Below, one piece after another: positions 8,787 to 18,018 of a stretch of 54,889 nucleotides of DNA. Numbering within the stretch: position 1 is the stretch's first letter; each line of letters begins with the position of its first letter. A program made the position numbers and the translations under genes. The stretch comes from a virus (Duplodnaviria > Caudoviricetes). The DNA lies in IMG/VR virus record IMGVR_UViG_3300037869_000003, positions 1 to 54,889 of that record, one strand, 5' to 3'. The notes below the pieces were generated by a model that was given only the letters and a program-made list of their open reading frames with translations, did no database searches and was not told the DNA's origin.

Positions 8787-9254
8787 ATGGGACTATTTTC
8801 AGATAATCATTATCATAGACACGACCATAGCACACATATTCGTTTCCCTGATACTATTAAAGAGATTAAGGCACCAACCGATGAAAGCATCAAGATGCTA
8901 AATGAAATGCAAGAAAAAGTTATTGACAATGTAATATCAAAAATAGAAGTAAAGGATAATGTTGTAGAAGGACAGATATATGTTATTGATGGGATGCGCA
9001 CAACGGCCAGTGATGAAGTAAAGGTTATATGTAAGTTCAAGATTAACGGGCAAGAATTTGTGGTGGAGAAATCATGGAGTAGATGGGATATTCGGAATGA
9101 AGTAAAAACCATTGAAATAAACAACCAAATACTAGAATATGGAAAATCTATCATGTTGTATTTTGCATTAAAGCAATTTTCGGCAATCGCGCACAAACAA
9201 ATTCTAGGCGCAGAAATACCAACTTATTACCTTAGAAATATTTTTGAAAAATGA
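8787..9254 (+). CDS. hypothetical protein
   Basis: 155 aa; His-rich N-terminus, APTDESIKMLNEM. Confidence 0.7.
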   Translation: MGLFSDNHYHRHDHSTHIRFPDTIKEIKAPTDESIKMLNEMQEKVIDNVISKIEVKDNVVEGQIYVIDGMRTTASDEVKVICKFKINGQEFVVEKSWSRWDIRNEVKTIEINNQILEYGKSIMLYFALKQFSAIAHKQILGAEIPTYYLRNIFEK

Positions 9255-10003
9255 GTAAAACATTAGGAGGATTTCTATTCATAAGGCATGGCGAATTATA
9301 CGACTACCCGTACAAGGAAGTTATTTCTTCGTTATGTGAGTTTTGTGACGAGGTAAGTGTATCAGTAGTGGATGGGGAAGATGATACATGGGGAGAGGTT
9401 GAGAGGCTTAAATTTAAATATCCAAATTTAAAAGTTGCCATTTCCTTACAAGACGTATGGGATAGTATACAAGGGAAGGAGAAATTAGCGGCATTCCAGA
9501 ATTTAGCAGCTTCTCATTTAACGACAGACTACCAGCTTCTTTGTCAGGCTGACGAAATGATTGCGCCTGAATCTTACTCATATATTCGTCAAGCGATAGA
9601 AGAAGGTGGCGAGGGTTATTTGTGTACTAGAATTAATTTATGGAAGGATGCGAACCATATGCTTAATGTTCCGCATTATCGCAAGCCCTGTAGCACTGAA
9701 GTAAACCGCCTAACTAAACGGGGGTATGAAAGCTACGATGATGGGGAAAATATTGCCAGCCCAACCGCAGATAAATACCTAGATAAAATAATCATTTGGC
9801 ACTATGGGTTTATCCGGAAGAAAGAAGTACATCCAGAAAAAATACGAAATATGCAAAAAAACATATTCCTCACAGAGCCAGATAGGAAGCTGGAGGGGAT
9901 GGGTAGCTTTGAGTGGGATCGGTGGTTTAGTGAAAGTGATCTGGCCCTGGTGACTATGGAGCATCCCCCGCACATAAGAGAATGGATAAAAACAAGGCCG
10001 TAG
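9251..10003 (+). CDS. GT2-like (GT-A) glycosyltransferase
   Basis: SLCEFCDEV..VVDGEDDT, QADE (DxD-like), HYGF. Confidence 0.8.
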   Translation: MSKTLGGFLFIRHGELYDYPYKEVISSLCEFCDEVSVSVVDGEDDTWGEVERLKFKYPNLKVAISLQDVWDSIQGKEKLAAFQNLAASHLTTDYQLLCQADEMIAPESYSYIRQAIEEGGEGYLCTRINLWKDANHMLNVPHYRKPCSTEVNRLTKRGYESYDDGENIASPTADKYLDKIIIWHYGFIRKKEVHPEKIRNMQKNIFLTEPDRKLEGMGSFEWDRWFSESDLALVTMEHPPHIREWIKTRP

Positions 10004-10011
10004 CCTTACAT

Positions 10012-10027
10012 GTTTCCACGTGGAACG
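10012..10027. promoter_or_regulatory. parS-like palindrome
   Basis: GTTTCCACGTGGAACG matches TGTTCCACGTGGAACA at 13/16 positions; perfect 12-bp core TTCCACGTGGAA; intergenic. Confidence 0.35.
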
Positions 10028-10032
10028 TTGTG

Positions 10033-10068
10033 AAACAAAAATCCCCGGCGAAATTAATCGCCAGGGAT
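10033..10068 (-). terminator. Rho-independent terminator of the inverted gene 10101-10373
   Basis: Minus strand reads ATCCCTGGCGA-ttaatt-TCGCCGGGGAT-TTTTGTTT. Confidence 0.8.
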
Positions 10069-10100
10069 AACCCATGAAAAATCAGAATCTATGAAAGTGG

Positions 10101-10373
10101 TTAGCTGCCGTTTGTGTTCAGGGTTGCGACTGTATCGGCACTGTAATAGAAGTCAGATTGACCGTTACGCTGCAAGCCAGATGGCAGCAATTCGATGATT
10201 GATTGCATGGTTACACCGTTGGCGGTTGTGCCAGCTGGAGCAGGTCTAAGTTCGCAAAGGGCACCAGGGAAATTATATCCGATGCCTTGTGTTGCGGGGC
10301 CGCCAGACGAATTTTTAAGATCGTACTGATTTTTCCGGTAACCGTTAAAAATTACTCTTCCAGTTAATGCCAT
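10101..10373 (-). CDS. small virion-like protein (possible capsid decoration), inverted orientation
   Basis: 90 aa, rich in G/A/T/N/S like the structural proteins; has its own leader and terminator. Confidence 0.6.
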   Translation of the reverse strand: MALTGRVIFNGYRKNQYDLKNSSGGPATQGIGYNFPGALCELRPAPAGTTANGVTMQSIIELLPSGLQRNGQSDFYYSADTVATLNTNGS

Positions 10374-10448
10374 AACTTTAAAAATTTAATTGTTAATAAT
10401 TGAGCCTAACCGGGGGCAAGACCGGTGGCGGCATAAAAGTACAAAAAA

Positions 10449-10465
10449 AGCTACAACGTTTGAGC
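10449..10465. promoter_or_regulatory. palindromic regulatory site, copy 1
   Basis: AGCTACAACGTTTGAGC between divergent genes 10373(-) and 10468(+). Confidence 0.6.
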
Positions 10466-10467
10466 AA

Positions 10468-11277
10468 ATGAAAATAGCGACGGTTTTACACAGCTTCCCG
10501 GCAGGAGATCTTATATCAATCCTTCCCGGACTAAAGCAAGTCTCAAAAGACAGCGACTGTAAATGGGTCATATATCAACGTCTTAATCAGTCTTACGGCA
10601 TTCACGGTGCATATATTAATGCGAAGTACTCTATATTTGATGAAGGCGGGGAGCCAGTAATGATGAACTCCCCGACGCTGAAGGCGCTACGCCCTCTTTT
10701 ATTAGTTCAGGACTATATTGAAGACTTCCGGGAATGGGATGGGGAGCGAGTTGATTTTAATTTTGACTTGCTCAGAGAAGGGACAACTACGATGCCCGGT
10801 GGTTGCATAAACCGATGGCCCATGTATATCTGGCCGGATATGGCGACTGACTTGTCTAAGGAGTGGTTGAATATCCCATACAAAATAGATCAGCGGGTGA
10901 TCGGGAAAATCCTTATCAACCGTACAGAACGTTACAATAACATGCTGGTTAGTTATAATTTTTTAAAACAATATGAAGACAATGTGATATTCGTGGGGCT
11001 GCCGGGAGAGCATGAGGTTTTTTGTAAGCAAAATAAGCTGGATATTCAAAGGCTAGAAGCTGCTGATTATTTAGAGATCGCAACTGCTCTGTACAATTGC
11101 AAGGTTTATATAGGCGGCCAATCGAGCATATTCCAAGTGGCAGAGGGGTTGAAGATACCACGCGTCTTGGAGGTCTGCAATTCTATTCCAAATGTGATCG
11201 GTAGCGGCCCCGGCTTCTATGATTTTCTAACGCAACGATCATTGGAATATTATACTGAAAAACTATTTAACTCATGA
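10468..11277 (+). CDS. GT9-like (GT-B) glycosyltransferase
   Basis: HSFPAGDLISILP N-terminal motif; FVGLPGEH; CKVYIGGQSS..VAEGLKIPR; ATG 10468 preferred over TTG 10390. Confidence 0.7.
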   Translation: MKIATVLHSFPAGDLISILPGLKQVSKDSDCKWVIYQRLNQSYGIHGAYINAKYSIFDEGGEPVMMNSPTLKALRPLLLVQDYIEDFREWDGERVDFNFDLLREGTTTMPGGCINRWPMYIWPDMATDLSKEWLNIPYKIDQRVIGKILINRTERYNNMLVSYNFLKQYEDNVIFVGLPGEHEVFCKQNKLDIQRLEAADYLEIATALYNCKVYIGGQSSIFQVAEGLKIPRVLEVCNSIPNVIGSGPGFYDFLTQRSLEYYTEKLFNS

Positions 11278-11483
11278 TAGATATTACAGCATATCAACAA
11301 AGATTGGAATGGCTGAAGGAATGGATGAATTTAAGAATTGATAGAATGATGCGAGAGCGGGTTGTGATTTATGAAAGAGTTGGCAGACATAGCATAACTC
11401 ATGACTTTAGAAATTTTGATACATTTTGTCGCCATAAAACAAGAAACTATACCAATAAGGCATTACGATCATTTTTTAAGTAA
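11274..11483 (+). CDS. hypothetical protein
   Basis: 69-aa ORF, ATGA-coupled. Confidence 0.55.
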   Translation: MIDITAYQQRLEWLKEWMNLRIDRMMRERVVIYERVGRHSITHDFRNFDTFCRHKTRNYTNKALRSFFK

Positions 11484-11491
11484 ATTTAATC

Positions 11492-11710
11492 ATGAATAGA
11501 CGTTCTCTTATAAAACGGGTTTGGGATAAACTTTTTCGTAGAAAGAGAAATATATCGAAACGGTTAGTGAATGACATAGTGATTATGACTCCCCAGTATT
11601 ATGGCGATTATGTAAAGAAATATGGTCAAGAGAACTGGACTATCCTAGCACAAGAATTTGGCAGAATTAATAAACCCAAAACAGATGGCAACGAAAGTAA
11701 AAGTGTCTAA
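11492..11710 (+). CDS. small protein carrying a copy of major capsid protein residues 25-57
   Basis: LVNDIVIMTPQYYGDYVKKYGQENWTILAQEFG vs MCP LVSNLQLLTPQYYKQFVEKYGAENWTWWLATYG: 16/33 identical, ungapped. Confidence 0.75.
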   Translation: MNRRSLIKRVWDKLFRRKRNISKRLVNDIVIMTPQYYGDYVKKYGQENWTILAQEFGRINKPKTDGNESKSV

Positions 11711-11915
11711 ATCTAAAGGCCCAATAGGATACCCAGAAGATCATAAGCCAGGAATGAAAGTCCCTCTTGGTGGATCAAATTGCGGCAACTGCCTTTACTG
11801 GGACGGATCAGATTGCGAGAATGAATATTACCGAAAGTGGAACAATGGTAGTGGGAAGATCCCAGTAGATAATCCAGAAGGCTATTGTTCAGATTGGTGG
11901 ACTCCTAAACGTTAA
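11685..11915 (+). CDS. HiPIP-like four-Cys protein
   Basis: CGNC-x6-C...PEGYCSDWW; ATG 11685 preferred. Confidence 0.5.
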   Translation: MATKVKVSKSKGPIGYPEDHKPGMKVPLGGSNCGNCLYWDGSDCENEYYRKWNNGSGKIPVDNPEGYCSDWWTPKR

Positions 11916-11926
11916 AGCATAAATAA

Positions 11927-12118
11927 ATGGTAGACAATAAAAAGATAAAGCAAACAGATAATTCCCCAAAAGGTATCATGGTATTAGATACTGGCGGCTT
12001 GGCAATTGACATGGGAGAAATAAAAAATATTGTCAGTGCTATTAATTGCATTGACATAGAGTATTATGATGGTACTAAAATAACTTGGTGGCCTGTATAT
12101 TTGGATCAATTAAAATAG
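11927..12118 (+). CDS. hypothetical protein
   Basis: 63-aa ORF within the operon. Confidence 0.5.
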   Translation: MVDNKKIKQTDNSPKGIMVLDTGGLAIDMGEIKNIVSAINCIDIEYYDGTKITWWPVYLDQLK

Positions 12119-12127
12119 ATAAAAGGC

Positions 12128-12820
12128 ATGGAAAAACTTAAACACACTGAGGGCCGTATAATAATAAAAATGGACATGGAGTATAAAAATTCCGTAACAT
12201 TTTCTGATGGCACAAAGATAAGACTTGAGCGTAAGTATGATTGCTTCGATCAGAAACATACTCAACCTGTAAATGCAATTGTTGTGTCTGCCGATGGAAT
12301 CCCTGAAGATTCTGAAATAATAGTGCACCATAATTGCACCCATGAAACTGGTCGCATACATAATTATCAGCCATTATCTGGCAAGGTGGAGGCTAGTGAT
12401 GTTCGTTATTTTTCAATACTGGAAGATGAAGCATTCGCGTGGTATGATGAAGTAAATTCAAAGTGGATGCCATTAAAAGGATTTGATTTCGCTCTGCAAA
12501 TATTTAAGCCATATAAAGGTATACTTGAAGGTATTGAACCTGCGCCGATAAAAAATTGTTTATGGGTTACTACTGGCGAATACGCTGGTAATGCCTGCAT
12601 GACCTTACAAGCCAGTAATTACAAAATGATTTTTCAGGATCGAAATGGACGTGAGAAGAATATTATAAGATTCAGATCAGAAGAGGATTTAAAAACCCAA
12701 CGTGAACTAGAAATAGTCTGCCTACATCATTCTTACACTAAACAGGTTTTGAATGGTGATTTGCATGTAGGGTTGACAATTTCAGACGCTAAACCTTTAA
12801 AAGAATATATTCATGCCTGA
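12128..12820 (+). CDS. conserved pre-terminase protein, possibly GroES-like fold
   Basis: IIIKMD...DGTKIRL...AIVVS...EIIVHHN beta pattern loosely resembles GroES; lies upstream of the terminase genes. Confidence 0.4.
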   Translation: MEKLKHTEGRIIIKMDMEYKNSVTFSDGTKIRLERKYDCFDQKHTQPVNAIVVSADGIPEDSEIIVHHNCTHETGRIHNYQPLSGKVEASDVRYFSILEDEAFAWYDEVNSKWMPLKGFDFALQIFKPYKGILEGIEPAPIKNCLWVTTGEYAGNACMTLQASNYKMIFQDRNGREKNIIRFRSEEDLKTQRELEIVCLHHSYTKQVLNGDLHVGLTISDAKPLKEYIHA

Positions 12821-13187
12821 TGAAAAAGAGTTAGAAAAGAAAATAAAAGTATTAGAGCAACAATTATCCGAAAAAGAAAAGATAATTAAAGACCCGTCTA
12901 AGCGCGGGTATTTTGCTTTATGTAAAATACTATATCAGCAGATTGAATACTTGGAACAATTCGATCTTAAAAAACAGATAGCAGAAAACCCTAAAGAGGA
13001 TAAAGTATATGACAGAACCAAGGGGATTTGGGAAGGGCTAAAGACGATGATAATTGATTGTCGTACTCTTAAGCAAGAGTTAGGAGTGTCAAATGAAGAT
13101 GAAGAAAAAGAGGTAAAGAAAATATCTAGAATAACACCTGAAACAATGAGTGATGTATTGGGAAATACCGCAGGGAAAATCAATTAA
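12813..13187 (+). CDS. terminase small subunit (putative)
   Basis: 124-aa helical protein directly upstream of and overlapping TerL. Confidence 0.5.
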   Translation: MPDEKELEKKIKVLEQQLSEKEKIIKDPSKRGYFALCKILYQQIEYLEQFDLKKQIAENPKEDKVYDRTKGIWEGLKTMIIDCRTLKQELGVSNEDEEKEVKKISRITPETMSDVLGNTAGKIN

Positions 13188-15228
13188 TATACAGGGGTTG
13201 GAATGTAAAATTCCGCCTGAAGGGTTTGTTTATAATATCGTATCTGGTAAGCTGGAAGCGCGAGATGTATACAAGCGATCCGAAGTGCCGGAGGAGCAAT
13301 ATTGGGAAAGAATACCATTGCCGATATGGTACAAGGATACTATAAAAAGATGGGAATCATATGACCGAAAGAAAAAAGAAGACGACCCCGAGTTCTTTGA
13401 TGAGCAACTAGAGGATTTTAAGGCCCAAGAATGGGATAGGCGACTGAATGGGTTTTGGTTTATGAATAAAGGAGTAGCCACATATATAACCGGTATGCAT
13501 TATTTGTTTATGCAGTGGTGGAGCATAGATATTGGCTATCCTAAATTTAGAATCATAGATCTGGAGTATTTTTATTTTTTACAGTACGTAATAGAAGATC
13601 CAAATTGCTACGGGATGCTTGAAGTATGCAAGCGTCGTAATGGGAAAACATATAGGGCTGGGGTATTTATTTATGAGTACATAACCAGAACTAAAACAAC
13701 TAATGCTGGCATTCAGTCAAAGACTGGCCCGGATGCAAAGAAATTATTTGGCAAGGCGGTGGTTGGCCCATTCAAGAAATTGCCAAAATTCTTTAGGCCG
13801 GAATATGATATGAGCTTAGGTGTTACTCCCAAGACCGAAATCAGATTCCAGCAAACGAACGTTCGCGGTAAGAAGGCTGAAGATTATTTGGAACGAGAAG
13901 AACTTAACTCTTTAATTGACTTTCAAAGTGCCGATGTAATGGCTTATGATGGTCAAAAATTACATAGAAAATTCGATGATGAGTTTTGTAAAACGGTCGA
14001 GTGTAATATATATGAACGTCACGAGGTAACAAGGTTTTGCTTGGTGGATGATGAGGGTAATATAATTGGGAAAGTTCTTTATAGTTCCACTGTTGAAAAA
14101 TTGAAAACTGACAGAGAGGGTGTGCAGGAAGGGGCTAAGTTATTGTGGGATGAAAGTAATCAATTGGATATACAAGAAAACGGACAAACCAAGAGTGGAT
14201 GTTATAGGTTTTTTATAGGAGCGCATCGTTCAAGGAATATAGATGTGTATGGATTCCCTGACGAAGAAAAAAGCAAACAGCAAATATTAGCTAATTGGGA
14301 AGCGGTTAAAAACAATCCACAAGCATATTCGGCTCGTAAAAGAAAAGAACCATTAACTATAAATGATGCTTTTGGGATTGATGCAGATACTTGCGTTTTC
14401 AATGCTGAGAATATAGAAAAGCGAACAAATGAATTGCTTCAAGCCCCTGTTCATAAAAGAAAAATATTCTTTTATAGAGATTTAGAACAGAAGGTTAAAT
14501 GGAGAGATTGGCAAAAAACAGATGGCCCTATGTTCTGGAAAGTTACGCCAGAGTTCGAGCTGAATATGAAGGAAGAAGTATATAAAATAAGTGATAATCT
14601 CAGAACCCCAACAAGAGTGCATTACGGTGCTATTTCTATTGACGGGTATTCTAATTCACAAGGGGGCCGTAAGTATGGTAGTAAGGCTGCTGCTTTTATT
14701 GGATATAGGCATTTACTTAAGCCTGTTGGATTTTTGTATGGAAGACCAAACATAAAGGATGACCTTCATAACCAGGTGATGTTGGCGGCAGAGTTTTGTG
14801 GCTTCAAGGCTTATTATGAGCATACCGCAGATGATTATTATGGGTATTTTAGAGATCGGGGCAAGATTAGGTATTTGGGGAAATATCCAATGAGTATGAT
14901 TGATCCAGTGAAAATAAAAGAAGCGCAAAAGCAGAATAAGGAAGTAGAGCGATTCTACGGAACCCCTATAACCCCATTTAGCCTAACAACGCAACACGAT
15001 AATGGGATGGCATATTTTGAGCATCATTGCCATTGCATAGACTTTGAGGAGGTTTTGGAATGGGCACCTAAATTTGATCCATATGATAGAACGAAGTGTG
15101 ACATTATTGTGTCATTATTGATTCTGATCTCGGTTCTTATGGAGCCGGTAGTAAAGCCGAAGCCACCAAGAGAACCATTGGTTCGGAGTTATTTAAATAC
15201 CCACGGGCAAAATTTTAACGCGAATTAG
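13150..15228 (+). CDS. terL: terminase large subunit
   Basis: ITGMHY adenine-binding motif, Walker A KRRNGKT, Walker B FDDE, SST coupling motif, nuclease ISIDG; upstream of the portal. Confidence 0.92.
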   Translation: MMYWEIPQGKSINIQGLECKIPPEGFVYNIVSGKLEARDVYKRSEVPEEQYWERIPLPIWYKDTIKRWESYDRKKKEDDPEFFDEQLEDFKAQEWDRRLNGFWFMNKGVATYITGMHYLFMQWWSIDIGYPKFRIIDLEYFYFLQYVIEDPNCYGMLEVCKRRNGKTYRAGVFIYEYITRTKTTNAGIQSKTGPDAKKLFGKAVVGPFKKLPKFFRPEYDMSLGVTPKTEIRFQQTNVRGKKAEDYLEREELNSLIDFQSADVMAYDGQKLHRKFDDEFCKTVECNIYERHEVTRFCLVDDEGNIIGKVLYSSTVEKLKTDREGVQEGAKLLWDESNQLDIQENGQTKSGCYRFFIGAHRSRNIDVYGFPDEEKSKQQILANWEAVKNNPQAYSARKRKEPLTINDAFGIDADTCVFNAENIEKRTNELLQAPVHKRKIFFYRDLEQKVKWRDWQKTDGPMFWKVTPEFELNMKEEVYKISDNLRTPTRVHYGAISIDGYSNSQGGRKYGSKAAAFIGYRHLLKPVGFLYGRPNIKDDLHNQVMLAAEFCGFKAYYEHTADDYYGYFRDRGKIRYLGKYPMSMIDPVKIKEAQKQNKEVERFYGTPITPFSLTTQHDNGMAYFEHHCHCIDFEEVLEWAPKFDPYDRTKCDIIVSLLILISVLMEPVVKPKPPREPLVRSYLNTHGQNFNAN

Positions 15229-15267
15229 CTCAATCGTTGTAGCTTTGTTTGAAAATTGTTATATTTG
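15227..15267 (+). promoter_or_regulatory. palindromic site copy 2 overlapping a portal promoter
   Basis: AGCTCAATCGTTGTAGCT (15227-15244); TTG at 15237-39, 20-nt spacer, TATATTTG at 15260-67. Confidence 0.65.
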
Positions 15268-15284
15268 GTTAACTTTCTTTATTA

Positions 15285-17708
15285 ATGTCTGATAATCAAT
15301 CACAAAGCATAGGCATCTCCGGGCAGTCGTATAAAGATTTTCTTCTCACAAAGAATATCAAGGATAAACTTGACCCTAAATACGGAAAGCAATTAGCGCT
15401 GGATATTGAACAGAAATACAGTGCAGGAGTGGCTAATGGATATTCTTTTCTTAGGAATGATCGTTTTAAAACTAATATACTATGGTCTGCCGGAAAGATT
15501 AACGTGTATGCAAAATTCGCTGATCTTCTGAATTTTAATGGGAAGGTTAATTACGCAAATCTGAAATATAGTGCCCCCATGCTAGTTAACCGGATTATTA
15601 CCGGTCTAGTTGGTAGATGGATGCAGCGCGTAGAGAAAATACAAGTTACAGCAGTTGATCCGTTATCTGTTAAAGATAAGCAAGATCAATATGAGCAGGC
15701 AGAATTTGTACTTTATAATAGAAAGCAATTAGAGCAACTTCAGCAAGAATCAGGAGTCCCATTGGTGCCTCCTGACCAGTTTGTAGCAGAGGATAAAGAT
15801 GATTTGGAAGAGTGGGCGATTAGTGGACAGCGGTTACCAGAGGAGATTAAATATGAAATAGGGACTAATGATATTTTGCAATCGCAAGGTTTTTTTGACA
15901 CCTTAAAGAAAAAGATACTCCACGATTCAATAGAGTGCGGGCTAGTTTCTACTTATGTGTGGATGGATGAATATGGTGTAGTGCATGTGGAGTGGGTAAA
16001 GCCGTTAAATAGCCTATACTCTTATTCTGAGTTTGATGATATGAGAGATACGGCTATGCGGGGTTTTGTGAAGTCTCTTAAAATATCAGAGATTAGGCGT
16101 AAGTATGGAAAGGAATTTGGCGGAACTTTATCAGAGGAGGATTTGTTTTTAATCGCGCAAACTTCTCAGGAATATCAACGTTTCGATAAACTCACTTGGA
16201 ACTACGATTGGCTATTGGCTTATATCCGGCCATACGACGAATGGAACGTAGAATGTATTTATTTCTGGATTAAATCGGTTGATGAGGATGGGTACTTGAT
16301 GACTGTCACAAAACAGAATAAAAGTACTATCATAGAACGTAGGCAACAACAGCCAAACAGCCTGGATGAAAACCAAGAGTTCGTAAAAAAAGATAAGTGG
16401 AATTTATATAAAGGCGTGTATGTAAGGTATGCGCAAAAGATGCTGGAGTGGGGATTGGATAATAATATGATCCGGCCACAAGACCCGAAGGAGTCAGGTG
16501 ATGTGGAGTTCCCGATCAGCCTTTACATGTATCAAAATCAGGATATGCGCAATATCGCGTTACCTGAGAAAATAGAGCAGCCAATTGAAGCTATGATTGT
16601 TGTCATATTGAAAATGCAACAAGTCATAGCTACGATGATCCCCCCAGGGGCTGCTATCAATATAGATGCTATTAATGAAGTTGATTTGGGGTTGGCCGCA
16701 GATGGCACAAGCCCTATCAATGTTCAGAAAGTTTATGAGCAAACTGGCAGATTGTATTACAGGGGTCGAGATGCAGAAGGTAATCCCTTACCGGTTCCTA
16801 TTCAGGAATTGCAAAATGCTGGATTTATTGGAGCCATGCAGGGGCTTATTCAGCAATACGACTTTCAGTATCGAGTATTAAAAGATCAATTAGGGGAAGA
16901 CCCTAATTTAATTACTCAGGCAGTTCAGCCACGTGTTACTTCGGAAAATGTACAGGCATCCCAGCAGACAGCAGCTTTCGCTACGGATTATATGTATGAT
17001 GCCTATAAGTGTATAATGGAAGATACCGCCAAGAAGGTAGCCTGCTTATTGAATAACTCAGTACGTTTTGGTGCAAAAGTTTACAGGCACTTATTGAAAG
17101 AAGAAGATGTTGCTGATAGGCAGTTCTCGACTAAGTTTGAGTTGCTGCCAGATCAATTCGAGATAGCTGAAATGACCAACTCTGTAAATCAGGCACTAGC
17201 GGCTAATCCTGCACTTATTAATTATTTAGATCCAGCTAAACTGAAACGAATAGCCAAAGAAAATAGCAAGCTGGCTTCTTTGTATTTCAGAAATTCAATG
17301 AAGCGAATGATCCGGGCTGAATCCGAAAAGGCGCAGCAACAAAGCGAACAAAATGCCCAGATACAGGCACAGGCAGCACAGCAAAAGGCGCAAGGAGACA
17401 TGCAGTTGTTGCAAGCCCAAAATCAAATGAAGGCACTGGAGATTACAGAACAATCCAAGGCTAAAAAAGAAGAGATATTCCTTGCTGGATATTTGGAGTT
17501 ACTGAAGGCTGGGGTGCCAATCACGAATGAGGTTATGCAGGTAATGAATCAGCTCATACCTTCTATAACAATCCCATTAGTTCAGCAAAATAAGCAAATG
17601 GTTCAAGGCGTAATACAACAGGCGATGGCTGAACAACAACAGCAACAAACCCCAGAAGAAGGGCAAGAGCAGCCAGAGGAACAACAACAAATGATGCAAC
17701 CACAATAA
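15285..17708 (+). CDS. portal protein
   Basis: 807 aa after TerL; P22/crAss-type size with a Q-rich C-terminal helical barrel. Confidence 0.85.
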   Translation: MSDNQSQSIGISGQSYKDFLLTKNIKDKLDPKYGKQLALDIEQKYSAGVANGYSFLRNDRFKTNILWSAGKINVYAKFADLLNFNGKVNYANLKYSAPMLVNRIITGLVGRWMQRVEKIQVTAVDPLSVKDKQDQYEQAEFVLYNRKQLEQLQQESGVPLVPPDQFVAEDKDDLEEWAISGQRLPEEIKYEIGTNDILQSQGFFDTLKKKILHDSIECGLVSTYVWMDEYGVVHVEWVKPLNSLYSYSEFDDMRDTAMRGFVKSLKISEIRRKYGKEFGGTLSEEDLFLIAQTSQEYQRFDKLTWNYDWLLAYIRPYDEWNVECIYFWIKSVDEDGYLMTVTKQNKSTIIERRQQQPNSLDENQEFVKKDKWNLYKGVYVRYAQKMLEWGLDNNMIRPQDPKESGDVEFPISLYMYQNQDMRNIALPEKIEQPIEAMIVVILKMQQVIATMIPPGAAINIDAINEVDLGLAADGTSPINVQKVYEQTGRLYYRGRDAEGNPLPVPIQELQNAGFIGAMQGLIQQYDFQYRVLKDQLGEDPNLITQAVQPRVTSENVQASQQTAAFATDYMYDAYKCIMEDTAKKVACLLNNSVRFGAKVYRHLLKEEDVADRQFSTKFELLPDQFEIAEMTNSVNQALAANPALINYLDPAKLKRIAKENSKLASLYFRNSMKRMIRAESEKAQQQSEQNAQIQAQAAQQKAQGDMQLLQAQNQMKALEITEQSKAKKEEIFLAGYLELLKAGVPITNEVMQVMNQLIPSITIPLVQQNKQMVQGVIQQAMAEQQQQQTPEEGQEQPEEQQQMMQPQ

Positions 17709-17718
17709 AATATTCAAT

Positions 17719-18009
17719 ATGGCAACAATTAATTGTACAAATCAAGTTGCAGCACCAGCCGCTAGAGGCCAATCAGCATGGGTGACTTTAAGTGGGGCCG
17801 AATCTTTAAGCGTTTTACCTGTATTAGCTACGGGTCAATTGGTTACCAACAATGGCAATAGTGTTACCGGATACATAGATTTCGTAGACACTTATGGGCA
17901 CAAGTTTCGGGTGGCTCCTGTTCAGTTAGATAAAAAATTTAATTCTGGGAGTGGTGCAGCCGGAACAAATACATTGAATGCCTCTGAATTGCTAACTGTC
18001 ACATATTAA
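17719..18009 (+). CDS. small structural protein (putative)
   Basis: 96 aa, beta-rich A/G/T/N composition, in the head module. Confidence 0.55.
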   Translation: MATINCTNQVAAPAARGQSAWVTLSGAESLSVLPVLATGQLVTNNGNSVTGYIDFVDTYGHKFRVAPVQLDKKFNSGSGAAGTNTLNASELLTVTY

Positions 18010-18018
18010 AACTATTTT

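Noticed and set aside
10390-10467. N-terminal extension of the GT9-like ORF from TTG 10390
   Set aside because: This stretch is the divergent regulatory region; the family motif starts just after ATG 10468
11492-11530. Functional Tat signal peptide
   Set aside because: The RR motif is present but there is no hydrophobic region or cleavage site; kept only as a remark
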